DNA from: Callorhinchus milii
Lineage: Eukaryota
DNA length: 64,000 bases
Direction: 5' to 3'
Assembly: GCF_018977255.1 (NCBI RefSeq)
Contig: NW_024704742.1
Span: 65,164,001-65,228,000, forward strand
How positions within the stretch are numbered: the stretch's first letter is position 1; the number at the start of each line of letters is the position of its first letter. A program made the translations under genes and the position numbers. The notes under the pieces are model-generated. The model did no database searches, had not been told where the DNA came from, and saw nothing but the letters and a program-made list of their open reading frames with translations. Shown piece after piece: positions 13,145 through 25,912 of this stretch.

Positions 13145-13294
13145 TCAAATATAAAGCGGGTGGCACTGCCTTGAGTTCAATTTCACTCTGCAGGTCGGAC
13201 ACGTCTGTGCATTTTTGAGAGAGTCACGGATGCATTGGCTGCAGAACACGTGACCACATTTTGTAGAAACAATAAGCCTCCCACTTTGAACGAT
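13145..13294 (-). CDS. RNF4: RNF4 last coding exon: C3HC4 RING C-terminus (IVQSGRLIVSTKCGHVFCSQCIRDSLKNAQTCPTCRVKLNSRQCHPLYI*)
   Basis: ccttttcag acceptor, 150 nt ending in TGA; highly similar to the human RNF4 C-terminus IVQNGRLIVSTECGHVFCSQCLRDSLKNANTCPTCRKK...HPIYI. Confidence 0.98.
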   Translation of the reverse strand: MVQSGRLIVSTKCGHVFCSQCIRDSLKNAQTCPTCRVKLNSRQCHPLYI

Positions 13295-14041
13295 CTGAAA
13301 AGGAAACAAAAATGACAATTGTTTGCACTTTATAAAAACAATAAGTTATGAATGTAGCACTCTTTAAAATTTGTCAATCTTTGCTCATTTCATGTACATG
13401 AGGAATTACATACAACTTGCAAGTTTTCACAAGTAACCATTTACATAATTGCTATGTATTTGCTGCGCTTTTCTTAAAAAAAATCACTTGAGCAGAGAAT
13501 GATAGAATATTTGAGCAAAGTGGACTGTCAAGGTTTCTGAACAGTACAAAGGAACTGATTTACCTCATTGTGAAGTATCTGGAATGTATATTTACTGAGA
13601 ACAGTTCAGCTCTCATGCGATCATTCAAGAAACAACTAACAACAGCTTGCATTTACATCGAGCCCATATATAATACAAATATCTATAAATATATATTATA
13701 TAATGGTGGTGGTGGGGGGGGGTTTCAGAGTACCAAATCAATTTATTTAAAGTTACTTGCACTCTTTCGTAATTAAAGGAAAATATTTTTGCAATTGCTT
13801 TTTTTTAAAAAAAAGAGTAAGAGTATAGATACAGGGACATTTATTTTCAGTGATCAACTCAAATATGAAGCCCGGGTTGAAATATATAGCTTGTACTCTA
13901 GCATCGAGTTGCAAGAGCCAAGGGTTGGGGACCCGAGAGTACGTGTTGGGGTCTACTGGAGTCTAACTAGCTGAAACTCGAGGCTTGCCATTGATATAAT
14001 GATGGCATACATTTGAAAATATTAGCATGGGTTCTTCTTAC

Positions 14042-14120
14042 CTCAGTGTAATTATCCAAACAGATGGGGCAACTAATAGTTCCTGGGGAAGATCTCTGGT
14101 AAACGACATTTTGACCAGAT
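14042..14120 (-). CDS. RNF4: RNF4 coding exon 6: start of RING (RSGQNVVYQRSSPGTISCPICLDNYTE)
   Basis: ctgttttgacag acceptor, GAG|gtaaga donor, 79 nt, phase 2 to 0; CPIC zinc ligands. The acceptor could alternatively give an exon start at 14093. Confidence 0.9.
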
Positions 14121-14648
14121 CTGTCAAAACAGGAATTCAGATTTATTCTGATTGCATTTACCATACACAAAAAAAAGTTACAAATGTTTTCCTACCTATT
14201 CCCTTTCCCTTCATCCCTCAGCTATGTTAACAGAAATGTTCGCTAATTTTCAGGGCCATTCAGACCTTTGTGTCTGTACCATTGCTTCCCTCTTCTAAAT
14301 CAGTGTTTATCAATCAATCCCCTTTCCCGCTCATAGCCCAAATGCTTCAATGTTTTTACTGGTCAAGTGTTTATCGGGTTCCCATTTGAACAATTCCATT
14401 GATTCAGCCTTAAGAACCACTTGTGGTAATGAATTTGCCTGAACTGTCAGATTAGCCACAACTCAGCATTCCCCTGTGGGTCAGGAGGAAGGAGCTCTGG
14501 TTCACCTGCTGCCAGGATGCCTACTTGCCCATGTACAGATGGAGTTAATGAACCCTACAAAAGGACCTCAAGGAAAACGAAAAAAATCCAACTAAATGCC
14601 TCTCAGTTATGGAATCAAGAATTTGATCAGAAATGATTCTGACACTAC

Positions 14649-14838
14649 CTTAAGTCTTTGTTACATGGGTAAGAACGAATTTGATTTCCCTGAGGTACAT
14701 TTGTTGTACCGGTTACATACAGACAGGTGCTTCCATCTGGTTCTACATCTTCATCGTCACTGCAGAGAATACAACTGTCTGATAGCGTTCTTCCTGGCTG
14801 TTCTTCCAAAGACTCTGTCTGACGATTTGAAGAGAGAC
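14649..14838 (-). CDS. RNF4: RNF4 coding exon 5: linker (GLSSNRQTESLEEQPGRTLSDSCILCSDDEDVEPDG...CNKDLR)
   Basis: gactttgcag acceptor, AG|gtagtg donor, 190 nt, phase 1 to 2; DSCILCSDDE resembles the RNF4 DSCVVSSDDE motif. Confidence 0.9.
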
Positions 14839-16204
14839 CTGCAAAGTCAAAACAAAAAGATATTCTATAATTACTTACAACATTCACTTAACTCGGAATT
14901 GTCTTCCCTCAACACTGCCAACAATGGCTGGATTAACAATAATTACCACCTTTTTTTTTAAAAACAGATTACCCGCTCCCAAAATGCAGTGTAAAATGTT
15001 TATATACACATATTACATTTAACTGGAAGAATCTTATATTTTAAGATACAAGATCTATCATGGTGATGGATCATCTGGAACAGTTTGCTTTGTATATCGA
15101 GAACCATGGTTAAGAGCTAAATCCAGAGTGCAGGACACCACCAGGGTTGAAATGAGGAGCAGAGAAAATGAGAGATGTAATCAAGTAGATAGGTGACACC
15201 AATACAGATTTATATAGATCAGACGTATGTACAATACATTTAAAACTGAAACAAATTTGATTCTTTGTCTAAGGTGAGTAAGGAGCAGAATAGCACTCAA
15301 TTCTTGCTACAAACGAAAATACTTTCTTTTCTCAGCAAGAAAGCCATACAGATCGTGTAGAACCCATTATTCTAGGAATTTTCTTGCAATATGCCCGTGA
15401 ACCAATTTTGACACTACTTCAGCATCTTATGGTCTTTAATATAACCTACAATCCCCCAAAAAATTGTTCATTTACTGCATGGCTGTTTGTGGGACACTGC
15501 TGTGAGCACATTGGCTACTGCATTCACGTACAAAATACACTCACTTTAAAGTAAATTGTCTGTTTTGTGGGTGAATATTGGATTGAAACGGTTTGTACAA
15601 AATGCATACTTCAACAGTCTCTCTCCACCCACGTGATCTTAGCAGCATTTTTGAATAAATGCTTCAAATTAATTGTGACATCAACTTTATTCAATGAAAC
15701 TACTATATAAATTAGGTCAAACTAGGTTACTTTGGTTCAAAAGATTTTTCCAATATGCTTTTGAAACAGATTCAATCATACAGCAAGCTCAATCAAACTG
15801 TGTTTGTTAATGAAACTGCTGCTCTGCAAAAATCAAAAAAGTATGAACAGAAGTGGCACCACATTTGCTGATGCTGGAAATCTAATTTATCTTAGCAGTT
15901 GTCCATTAATGTCAATTTTCACAGAATACAAAAAGTACCTTGGAGGACAGGGAAAAGAGAAGGGCTTTAATTTTCCGAGTATGAATACAAAAAGCATTTA
16001 TTTTCAAACTCCTTTAAATGCTTTTTGAGTGGGGCAGGTAGGGATACAAAGTAAATGTCACAAATGTCCTTGAATTAGTTTGCAGCAGTTTGCAGGTTTG
16101 ATAAAGCGCTCAGAATTTCCGGATAGATCAAAACAGATTGCTTATGGCTGAACAAATAGAACTATAAACTCCAAATAGAAATCTGACTAATGTGGAACTC
16201 ACAG

Positions 16205-16395
16205 AAACAACAAATTACATTTGTATAGCACCTTTCATGTCGGGAGGATGTCTCAAGGTGCTAGAGAGTTTGGGATTTGGACCTGAGCTGAGGGTTGGGA
16301 TCAGGAGGGGTGGAGGGCAGGGAGAGTAGGGATAAGAATGTGGTTGAGGAGGAGGGTCTTGAAATGGTCCTTGAAGGAGCAAGGAAGGGAGACTC
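16205..16395 (-). mobile_element. L2 LINE 3' end
   Basis: Same 3'UTR and tail as 58008-58262. Confidence 0.8.
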
Positions 16396-16578
16396 AAAAT
16401 ATGAGATAGAGAAATACTGAATAGCTTTGCATCCCAAATACAAAGCGTTTATACTCGGTATATAAACTAAAAACTAAAATAAATGGTTCTTTCACAATCA
16501 ATCCTCTTAAATCCTACCTAAGGCAACATAGATTTAGTGAATAACTGAAGCTGTGAGAAACTTATTTTGTGAACTCAC

Positions 16579-16591
16579 CTTCATCCACGAT
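16579..16591 (-). CDS. RNF4: RNF4 13-nt microexon (IVDE + G), completes SIM4
   Basis: tttttccag|ATCGTGGATGAAG|gtgagt; needed to bridge phase 0 to phase 1; matches human SIM4 IVDE. Confidence 0.93.
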
Positions 16592-16711
16592 CTGGAAAAA
16601 GTGCGGCATCAAAATGAAAATAAAAAAAAGTAGAATTAGATACAATCAAACTCAACAAGAGCAAATTTAAGAAAGTTGCTGCCAAGCTTATGTCTGCAAT
16701 CCAACTACAAA

Positions 16712-17100
16712 AACAACTTGCATTTATACAGCGTCCTTCACGCAGGGCAGCATCTCAGAGTGCTCAACAGTGGCAGAGCCTGACACTGAGTCTGGGGGAG
16801 GGAGGAGGTGACTGCAAACAAGGTGTAAAGTAGAAGGCCTTCAGTTATGATCTAAAAAAGGGGAAGGAGGGGGCAAGGCAGACAGATTGGGGGAAGAGAG
16901 TTCCAAAGCTTCGGGGTGTAGTGGCTGAAAGCACAGCTGCCGATCATGTTGTGGAGGGGACGAAGGGCAAGCAGGAGGCCAGAGTCAGTCCAGTGGAGGC
17001 AGTGAGTAGTGGAGTGGGGAGAAAGCAGGTTGGAAAGGTAGGGATGTGACAGGCAGTGAAGGGATTTGTAGACGATTGAAAGGATCTTGAAATTTACCAG
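16712..17100 (-). mobile_element. L2 LINE 3' end, second tail type
   Basis: Tail gcactctgagatgctgccctgcgtgaaggacgctgtataaatgcaagttg, related to 27785-28012 and 31640-31900. Confidence 0.7.
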
Positions 17101-17649
17101 TTTTCCACCCTTGGCAGTTCACTCCCTAGGGAGTACTGCACATCAGCAGATTACAAATGCAGAAGCAAAATAGCAGATGGCTTATTTACCAATTACTTGC
17201 ATTCATAATAAACTGTTATACATTTCCTTTCAATGAATACACTAGCTGAAGACTTAATGGGGTTATTGATGTTACATGAGATAATGACAATTTTCACCAA
17301 ACTAAAAAAAATGCAATCAAACCACTTATCAGGTGGCTCATTTGATAGCACTCTCACCTCAGAAGCCCACACCAGGACTTTGAACTCATAGTAAAAGATG
17401 ACACTCCAATATAGTGCTCGGAAGCTTTGCATTGTTAGAGCTCAGATGTTAAAACAAGGCCTTGTCTGTCTGCTTACGTGGAAATTAAAGATCCTATGAG
17501 ATGATTCAAAAAGGGAGTTTTTTCCAACGTCCTATTCATTTCATAGCTGTTTGTAGGATAGTGTTGTGTGCAAAATGGCTGCCTTGTTAGCCTACGTATA
17601 GTCACTACACTATATTTTACACTACATTTTTCTTACAATTGAAAATAAT

Positions 17650-17976
17650 TGGAGTCCTGTAGCTCAGTGGTTAGAGCACTCGCTTTGCAAGCAGGAAACC
17701 TGAGTTCAATTCCAGGCAGGTCAGGGCGAAACCTTGGGCAAGTTTCCTTACTCCACACAGAGCCTAATAATAATCCCTCCAAAACCAAAAACAATAATAA
17801 ATTGGTCATTTTCAATCTACGACTGTTTGTGAGACATTGCTGTGTGCAATTGGCTGCCGCGTTCGCCCACAAATATACAGTCAATTCACTTTACAGTGTG
17901 TTCTGTGAAGCGCTTTGGGACGTCCTCCCGAAGTGAAAAGCGCTATATCAAATGCAAGGATTATTATTATTATTAT
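17650..17976 (+). mobile_element. Young tRNA-derived SINE, short subfamily
   Basis: A box tagctcagtgg, TGC anticodon-like loop ctttgcaa, B box gagttcaattcc, L2-type tail, (ATT)n; ataatt occurs at both ends. Confidence 0.9.
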
Positions 17977-18409
17977 AATTCAACAGGACTCAGGGTTATG
18001 CTTGGGTTTGAAGATTTTACTGATTGTCATTGCTGAAGCCACTAGCAGCTTCAGCAATGATTGTTTTGGTTTCAGTACAGATTGGTTTTCTCCCAGACCA
18101 TGACTTTCTTATTTTCACTCACACAGATAAGGGGTCTTGGAATTTCAAAACAGAAAAACAGTGGATTCTAACTGGACTAAGATTTTAATATGTACCTAAT
18201 AATCTTCAGAATTGGTAAACAGAGTGCGTCCCTTCAGGAAGAGAGTGCAAATTCAATCCCAGACACGAGGAAATTTCCATGTTTAGGTGGCATACGTATT
18301 TGGATACTCATGCATGGTGATCAATTTTGCAATGACACCCCGCTGATCAAAAAAAAACTCTCCGCAATACCCTCAAGCTCATTCCACATACATTTCAGTC
18401 ACTTTACAC

Positions 18410-18604
18410 CAGTGGTGGCCAACCTTTTATGGTCGACCAACAAAATAAATTTTGATTGAACCTTTGTTGATTGATGCCATAAATCAAGAAATATTCAATC
18501 AAGAAAAAACTGAAAACAAATTAACAATTGAACATGGACTTACCTAAATTTGTGCGAATATTCGGGGGTGCCACGGGGGCCGGAATTGGCCCCTGGGCCA
18601 CAGG
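18410..18604. mobile_element. Possible hAT-type non-autonomous DNA transposon remnant
   Basis: Starts cagtggtggccaacc and ends ...gggccggaattggcccctgggccac, resembling hAT MITE termini; right TIR incomplete. Confidence 0.45.
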
Positions 18605-18650
18605 CTTTATATAAAGAAAAGTGAAAGGAATAAAGCTCAGCTTTGCTTAC

Positions 18651-18727
18651 CTCAACAGAATCATTATTGGTTAAGTCAACCACCACAGGTTCAGAGGATT
18701 CACAAGTCAGATCAACTACTTCTGCAC
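18651..18727 (-). CDS. RNF4: RNF4 coding exon 3: SIM2 and SIM3 (GAEVVDLTCESSEPVVVDLTNNDSVE)
   Basis: ctccgcag acceptor, gtaagc donor, 77 nt, phase 1 to 0; close to human GDEIVDLTCESLEPVVVDLTHNDSVV. Confidence 0.97.
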
Positions 18728-20161
18728 CTGCGGAGACAAAATAGGCCCAAGCTTCTTTTGGAGATGGTGCATGCCTCAAAATGAAGAGTAACGTTTGTAG
18801 TTCTCTACAACTCTTTTGTACTCGGTTCAGAGGTATTTCTATTTCCTGAGATATTTTTCTGTCCATCTATACTTCTTTTCTGTCCATAGACATGGATGAC
18901 AGGATTCTATAATATACATTTCCCCACCTTGGCATGCATTGAATCCTCTGCTTTGCACACGCTGGAGCTTGTAACAATTTAATTAGGGACCTGGTACTAA
19001 AACTAATGATAATAATCCTTGAATTTGGTCTCCAGCACCTTTATGTCAGGATTGTCCCAAAGTGCTTCACAGAATATACTGTAATGTGGAGTGACTGTGC
19101 GTTTTGTGGGCGGACGCGGCAGTCAATTTGTACACACCCATGAAGTAAATGACCAACCAGTATTACAACCAGTACAGAGCTACCGCACACATATCAAAAT
19201 TTAGTTGAGGTAATAGTTACCTCATGTTCACATTTCTGAGTAGGAAGATTTGTGGGTTCAAGCTTCACATCAGGACTTTGAGCTCAGTGTAGGCTGACTC
19301 TCCAATGCAATGCTGAGGAAGAGCTACACTGGCAGAGACGCCGTTCTTCAGAATCAAAGTTAAACCAAGCCCTGTTCTGGTAGACATTGAAGACCTCAAT
19401 AGACCTCATAGCATTATTTGAAAAGAGATGGGCATTTCTCCTGGTTCCTGGCCATCCATCCCTCAGATACAAAATTGGTCATTCACTCAAAGCGGTTTGT
19501 GAGATATTGCTGTGGGCAAATTAGTTGGTCATATTTGCCTACAAATACAGACATTACGGTTTACAGAAAATATTCTGTGAAACAGATGTTTTGTAATAAT
19601 ACACTTTATAAAGAATTGTTATTCACAGTACAGTAATGGTACAGTGGAATCTGTTTATGATGCAGTGATTTGGATCCGTAAAACCCCAATCCACCCTGCA
19701 ATTAGGGTATTTTTTATCATATAAAGTGATGCGAAAAATCTCCACCAGCCCCAAGGAATTCCCCAGCAGTAATTTCAAAATTCCCCAACAGTAAATTCCC
19801 CTTAATAATAACAGCAAAGCTAATTATGATTTTGTCGGCAGTCGACAAGTGGTCACCGTTTAGGCAGGATTTACAGAATTTTAGGCAAATTTTACAGAAT
19901 ATTATTTGGTACATTATATGATCATTATTTATTAGATTCCTGCTTTCATATAATTGTAATCATCTTAAGGTTTGAAACAAATACATAAAGTATTACTTCA
20001 TCTGTAGCAATCCGTTTTTAATGCTTCTGGATGTGGGATAAAAGTGCTCCTTTGAGTTCAATCCCCACCAGTGATAATTGCTTAAAAAATGCCCTGACTA
20101 TTATGGTGAAGCCAGTTTCACTGCGCAAGTGACAGGCCTCTACACAAACCTCTGCACTTAC

Positions 20162-20270
20162 CACTTTCTACAACCTCTACTGGTTCTTGTTCCGTTGCAT
20201 CTGGTGATCGGTGTCGGCGGCGCCCTCGTCTGGCCTGCTGAGAGGGTATCATCCTACGCTTTCTTTGTGT
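20162..20270 (-). CDS. RNF4: RNF4 coding exon 2: basic NLS-like region and SIM1 (TQRKRRMIPSQQARRGRRRHRSPDATEQEPVEVVES)
   Basis: tatttttcag acceptor, gtaagt donor, 109 nt, phase 0 to 1; resembles human RKRR...EPIELVET. Confidence 0.93.
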
Positions 20271-21066
20271 CTGAAAAATAACCCATAATTGTAAACCACA
20301 TGAAACATTTCAGCACTTTCACACATTCTGCAAATATTTTTCACTACTGAATACAAATAAAGTGCCAACTCTTCTGTTGGGAAGTAATTTTATGTTTCTC
20401 ACTTCTCTTATCCCTCTTTCCTGAAGCCACGTTATACCATAACCTGGGAAAGGGGCGGTGTAGGGAAGAGAAAGAAAATGGAAAAGGCTAGTGATCACTT
20501 ATAATAATAATCCTTGCATTTGGTATAGTGCTTTTCACGTCTTCTAGATGTCTCAAAGCGCTTCACAGAATAGACTGTAAAGTGAATTGACTGTATATTT
20601 GTGGGCGAAATGCAGCAGCCGATTGCGCACAGCAGTGTCCCACAAACAGTCGCGGATTGAAGTGACCAATTTATTATTTTCTTTTTTCTTGAGGGTTATT
20701 ATCAGGCGTGTGGAATAAGGAAACTTGCCCAAGGTTTCGCTCTGCTGCATTGCCAGATACCCCACTTGCTCGCTTTCCAATCAACAAGTAGAAACTGTAC
20801 ACAAACACCAAGGAAATCATTCATTCCCAACACCAGTCAAGCACGGCACGACACTAAATGCATTTTTGTAGCAGCTTATCACATCGAAATATCTCAAAGT
20901 GTTCGACAGTAATTCTGTCAATTGTAGTGACTGTTTTTGTAGATCAACATTTTGCATAGAAACCAAGTCCCACAAACAGCCATAAACTGATTGACCAATT
21001 TAGCTGAAGGATTGCTGGTCAGGACACTTTTATTTAGTGTTAGGGATTATTAAAATATTATTACGG

Positions 21067-21408
21067 TGGGTCCTGTAGAGTAATGGTTGGAGCACTCGCC
21101 TCAGAAGCAAGGAAATTAGAGTTCAATTTTCTAGCAAGGTGAAACCTTAGGCAAGTTCCCTTACTCCACACACCTCGGTTTACCGAGCAGAAAGTAGGCA
21201 CCCAGTTGTTAGTCAATTGGCGGATCGTTCTCCAGGAGTAATAATCCTTTCAAAAATAATAATTTGGTCACGTAAGCCACGACTGTTTGTAGGACACTGC
21301 TGCCCACAAAATATACAGTCAATTCACTTTACAGTATATTCTATTAAGCGTTTTGAGATGTCTCAACGAATTGATAAGGTGTTATATCAAATGCAGGAAT
21401 TATTTTTA
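21067..21408 (+). mobile_element. tRNA-derived SINE, long subfamily
   Basis: Colinear with 35592-35960. Confidence 0.85.
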
Positions 21409-22559
21409 TAACGGTCCAATCAAAATCATCCTTTAAGTGGCCCAAATAGGGAAACAGTGCACCTTCCTATCCACTTATGCAAATTAGAGATAGTCAGTTA
21501 CCCACCAAATTGGTGCAATTGACACTAGTCAGACTTGATGGCGCCATAAGTATCAAAAACGTTAAATACAAAATGTATTTAAAGCAGTACTCAATATATT
21601 TAAACAACAGACAACACAGAAAACAAAAGGGGTGACTGTGACAAACAGTCAATGCTATGTGGCTCTCTCCATAAACCAATACCTAAACCAGGCAGGTCGC
21701 AGAACTCCTGGGCACTAGGGATGATAGATCAGGAAGGCTTAGCAGAACTTGGAGAACACACTAGTTACTAGGGGCAGGAATTCTTCCCGCTTGGCTTCTG
21801 ATAATCCTGCAAACCAACGTCCTAATGGATAAGATTGTATGAGCATTGGTAAACTTCCTTGTTCTGGCTCAACAAGCAACAGGAAGTTTACTAGTGCTCT
21901 TACTAACCTGCTAGTACTCTCCATGATTACACCAGCAGGGTGCATCCATGTGTGGAACTCTCAGTTTGGTTTGGAGACTCTTAAGCATGGCAATCTGACT
22001 TGTGTCACATATCCAGTAACGATTAAATATCTTTCAGCAGAACTGCTGCTCGTCCAACCAGTCTGGGACTTGCTGATCCATGTTCCAACAAGTGGCATTT
22101 CTGCAGCTCTTAGTCAAGAGTTCATTTTCTGTAACTTCAGATTTTCTACAACTGTTTTTCTTCCATTATTCCCATTTTTAATATTAAAAACTTTATTTCT
22201 CATTTTCCAAATAAAATATAATTGTATAAAAACCACAAAATTCTCTTCTTTTGTAGCTTCTTTACGATTTCCACATTTTCTCCTGATTATATTAATTGTA
22301 CATTGACTTTAAAATTATCGTAATGGGGGAAAGGAGAGAAAGTAACATCAGCAGTACTTGGAGTACAGGGTTGAAACAAGGTGAATTTACATAATCTGAG
22401 AACATAGGAATATTGGCATCCTAAATTTAAAAAAATTGGTGGGGAATACCCAGCAAGATTTTAAGGCTAGAATTTTGGCACCAGTGTCGACTGCAAATCG
22501 CACGGCAAAATTACAAGACCACTTCAATTTGTTAAAAGACTTTACATTTTAGTACTTAC

Positions 22560-22568
22560 TGTGCTCAT
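22560..22568 (-). CDS. RNF4: RNF4 first coding segment (M-S-T), end of a mostly 5'UTR exon
   Basis: Minus strand reads aagATG AGC ACA|gtaagt (strong donor, phase 0); human RNF4 also begins MST at the end of a short coding exon. Possible acceptor of this exon near 22687 (tttacag). Confidence 0.88.
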
Positions 22569-24164
22569 CTTAATGTGAGGCAAAAATCAAGTAGACACAC
22601 TTCGAGATGAATCAATATCTTTTCATCAGTTATGTGAAAAACAGCGTCTTCTGCCCTATGTGCTTAATGTCTGACCAAGCACACTCCCTGTAAATCGCAG
22701 ATTTGGCTTTTATTAAGGCATAGTTTGGGTTGAAATGTCCTTCTTGTCAAACCTGTGGAAATACAACAAAATTCATTTTTTTTAAAAAAAGGGTTGAATT
22801 TTGCTCGTTTACAATGCTTTATAAAATACAATGTGCCGTCCTGCAGATTGCCATCACGCAGACACAATGGGATTCTGTCAGGACGACGCTTATCCCCAAG
22901 AACAGTGAGAGAGGGAAAAGTCAAAGTATTCTTGTACACCTCAAGCACAGTAAAGGCGGAGGCCAGGGAGAGAGGCCCCTGCTTGCTCAACGTACAACAA
23001 ACGGCAGTTTAAAGTGGAGAGGGTAGAAAGAGAAAATCGTCTTCCTTTGAAAATACCTTTACACCTTTTTAGATATTAATGTAACACTCGTTACAAGATG
23101 CTACAAATCTGCTTCCTAGATTTTATCAAAAGAGCACAATCCTCACAAAACTGTTCAGTAAAGCTGTGAGCTTCCACGTTCACCCTGCCACAGGATTATA
23201 AAGAGGTGAACAGCAATGAATGCTTGACCACATGCGCATGTCCCAGCAAGGATTGCTGGAGAACAATAAAGTTGATGATTTTTCTTAGTCTAGAAAGTCA
23301 AGACCAATTGTGGAATCTCTGCACCACTTGAAATCAGCGATCTATCTCATCCGAGACCGCGAACTGAACCTGCATCTTCTGGTCTGTGCGTCCCACCCAG
23401 TGAATGGACACTGAACTTTAACCACTAGCCTATGTGAGCCATGTATGTCAGCAAATCAATGGGTGGAGGAGCATACGATTACAACTTGCAGGGATCTCTG
23501 GAGAGCTGTCAGAAGTGTGGAACTTTGGCTGACTTCTCGCTCTCCACCCAAGAGTAATGAGTTCAACTGCAGTGCCCCAACTGCTGCCTCTGTGACTTTT
23601 TAAAGTGCAGTTCACTTGTACTGGGAACATAAAGAATAGATTATCTCACTAAACGCAATTGGAAACACCCTCAAGTTTCAGAACTGTACTGATCACACAC
23701 AAAGCAATGACAATATTTTGACTAAGGCTTACAAAAAGGCTTTTTACTTTGGAAACTTCCTTAAAAGACAGCTTATAAACAACGTCATCAACTGTGACCT
23801 GGTAACAAGTGAACTACTGAATGCACATACTTTAGGATGTTAGTTTATAGTTCACTGAGTGTAGGGAGATTGCAGGAGATATAATTTTACGCTGGGCACT
23901 GTAAGAGATTCGGATGGAGACAACCAAAGTGGTGGTGTATTGATAAGTGAGTTTATTAGGCAATGAGTACAATGTTAACCTTACACAAAGATTAAAGCAG
24001 TAGTTACAGAGAAAACAATATTCCTCTGGGAAACGCGTCAACCCGCTCTTCTCGGTGTCCAGACCTCAGCTTTTGTTCCCCAATCCATGTGTTTATATAC
24101 CTTACCAAGCGAGCAATCTTACACTATTATGCAAAAAACAACTCCCTATAAGGTTACAAGGTTC

Positions 24165-24400
24165 TTCTAGATTCCGAACCTTGGCGTCTTGTTTGACTCT
24201 CAACTTTTCTTTCTACCCCACATCCGTGACATGACCAGTTCTGCCTTCCCCCACCTCCACAATGTCGCTCGGCCCTATCACCCCCATCCTCGCCCGACTC
24301 CACTGGCTTCCCATCACACAGAGGATACAGTTCAAGATCCTGGTCCTCACCTTCAAAGCCCTCCATGGCCTCAACTCCCCCCGACCTCTGTGACCTCCTA
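24165..24400 (+). mobile_element. L2 LINE internal fragment with deletion
   Basis: Matches 820-920 joined directly to 1100-1220 of the first L2 copy. Confidence 0.8.
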
Positions 24401-25912
24401 ACTGGGAATTGAACTCGGTTCCCCTCATTTGTGAGTCGAGTGTTCTAACAATAACAACAACAAAATTACATTTATAGAGCGTCTTTCATGTCGGAAGGAC
24501 CCATACACTAAAGGACTCCACAAGGTATTTTCTGAGGTATCTCTTCCTAAAGGTTTATATAACTCGGTATATGAAAAACTTTGTTCTGCAATACAGGGAC
24601 TTAGGCGAGCCATGGCCACCTGTAGTCAAGGAGGAGAAAGGTTCTAAGCGTTAAAAAAAGGAACAGGATGAGGCAATGCGAATACAGCTTAATTAATGGA
24701 AAACAAATATCGGGACCAGAATGTTTCTGAGGCCATGCCCTGTAGTATGTATAGAGGGTTTTTGCTAAATCAGATTCAAAAGGTTAAATGATACTGAAAG
24801 CAATCAGATCCTGAATTTTTTAACAGATGATCAACTGAAGGGATGGTAGAGAAACAACCAATTTGGTGTAACGTTTGTGTTATGGTTCAGTTTATTATAC
24901 TCTCTGCACCTTTATGCTGTATTACACCAAGTAAAGTAAACAAGATTGGGGATAAAATCTTAGTGCATGTAAGAGCCCACAAAATAACCTTCCATTTTTA
25001 AATACTAATCCTACAGCATGTACAGAAGCCAAGTGGCAGATTGGCAGCTCACACTTTGGTTGAGGAAGAACATGTGGCAAATGACAATCATACAAATGTT
25101 AAATCACAAAAGTCAAGTTTTGTTTGTAATGAACTGTTGAGATGGCTTCAATAGCGAATCTTGTGCAACAAATTATAGCAAAATTACACTGACATGATCT
25201 CTCCACACACACACACAAAATGGTAAAAACAGAATATATGATTTTGATCTCATCAAATCTTCAAGTACATCTCATTCTGAAAACAAAAAACAGGTGCAGT
25301 CTGTGGGTTGGGTTAAATTTAGTTAATTGACTAATGTGAGACTAGAGCCTGAAACTTCATGGTCAAGCTGCAAAAATGACACTTCTTTAAGCAGCCCCTT
25401 TGTTGACGATCCTTTCTTGTAATATTTGGTCAATTTTACCATGTGCACAAATGCCATTACTCACCTGATGCCATCAAACTATAAATTTAGAATATGAAGA
25501 CTCAGAATAGTCTTAAATTATCAATTTACTCAGGAAAGAGAGCACATTATGTCATTCGCTTCCCCCACCATCAAATATACACCTCATATGTTCCAATTCC
25601 TTTACACACAAAATATGAACAAGAATGAACCATGCTGCTTGCTATCACAGTACTCTGCAAGTCATGACACCACACTTTGGAATTCAGTCACTAAACTCAC
25701 ACAAACAGTGACTATATCCTGAAGAAACTCTACAAAGTATTACTGATAATATTTGGAAGCCAATGGCCATGACGTCATACATGCAGAGGACAGCAAAAGG
25801 TCAGCTTCAGGCAAAGCAGCACCCATGTACTCCTACACAAACAATTTCCACACAGCACTAAATTCATGACACACAGGAACACACACTAAAACGTGCCATA
25901 CAATCAAACCAA

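Noticed and set aside
17650..17725. tRNA-Ala-like gene (A and B boxes, TGC loop)
   Set aside because: It is the head of a repeated SINE and continues directly into SINE body and tail; no proper acceptor stem.
21839..22306. 155-aa + strand ORF antisense to an RNF4 intron
   Set aside because: No recognisable domain, composition reflects AT-rich intron, no splice support.
25459..25467. Perfect CAG|gtgagt donor on the minus strand in RNF4 intron 1
   Set aside because: No convincing partner exon can be defined from sequence alone.
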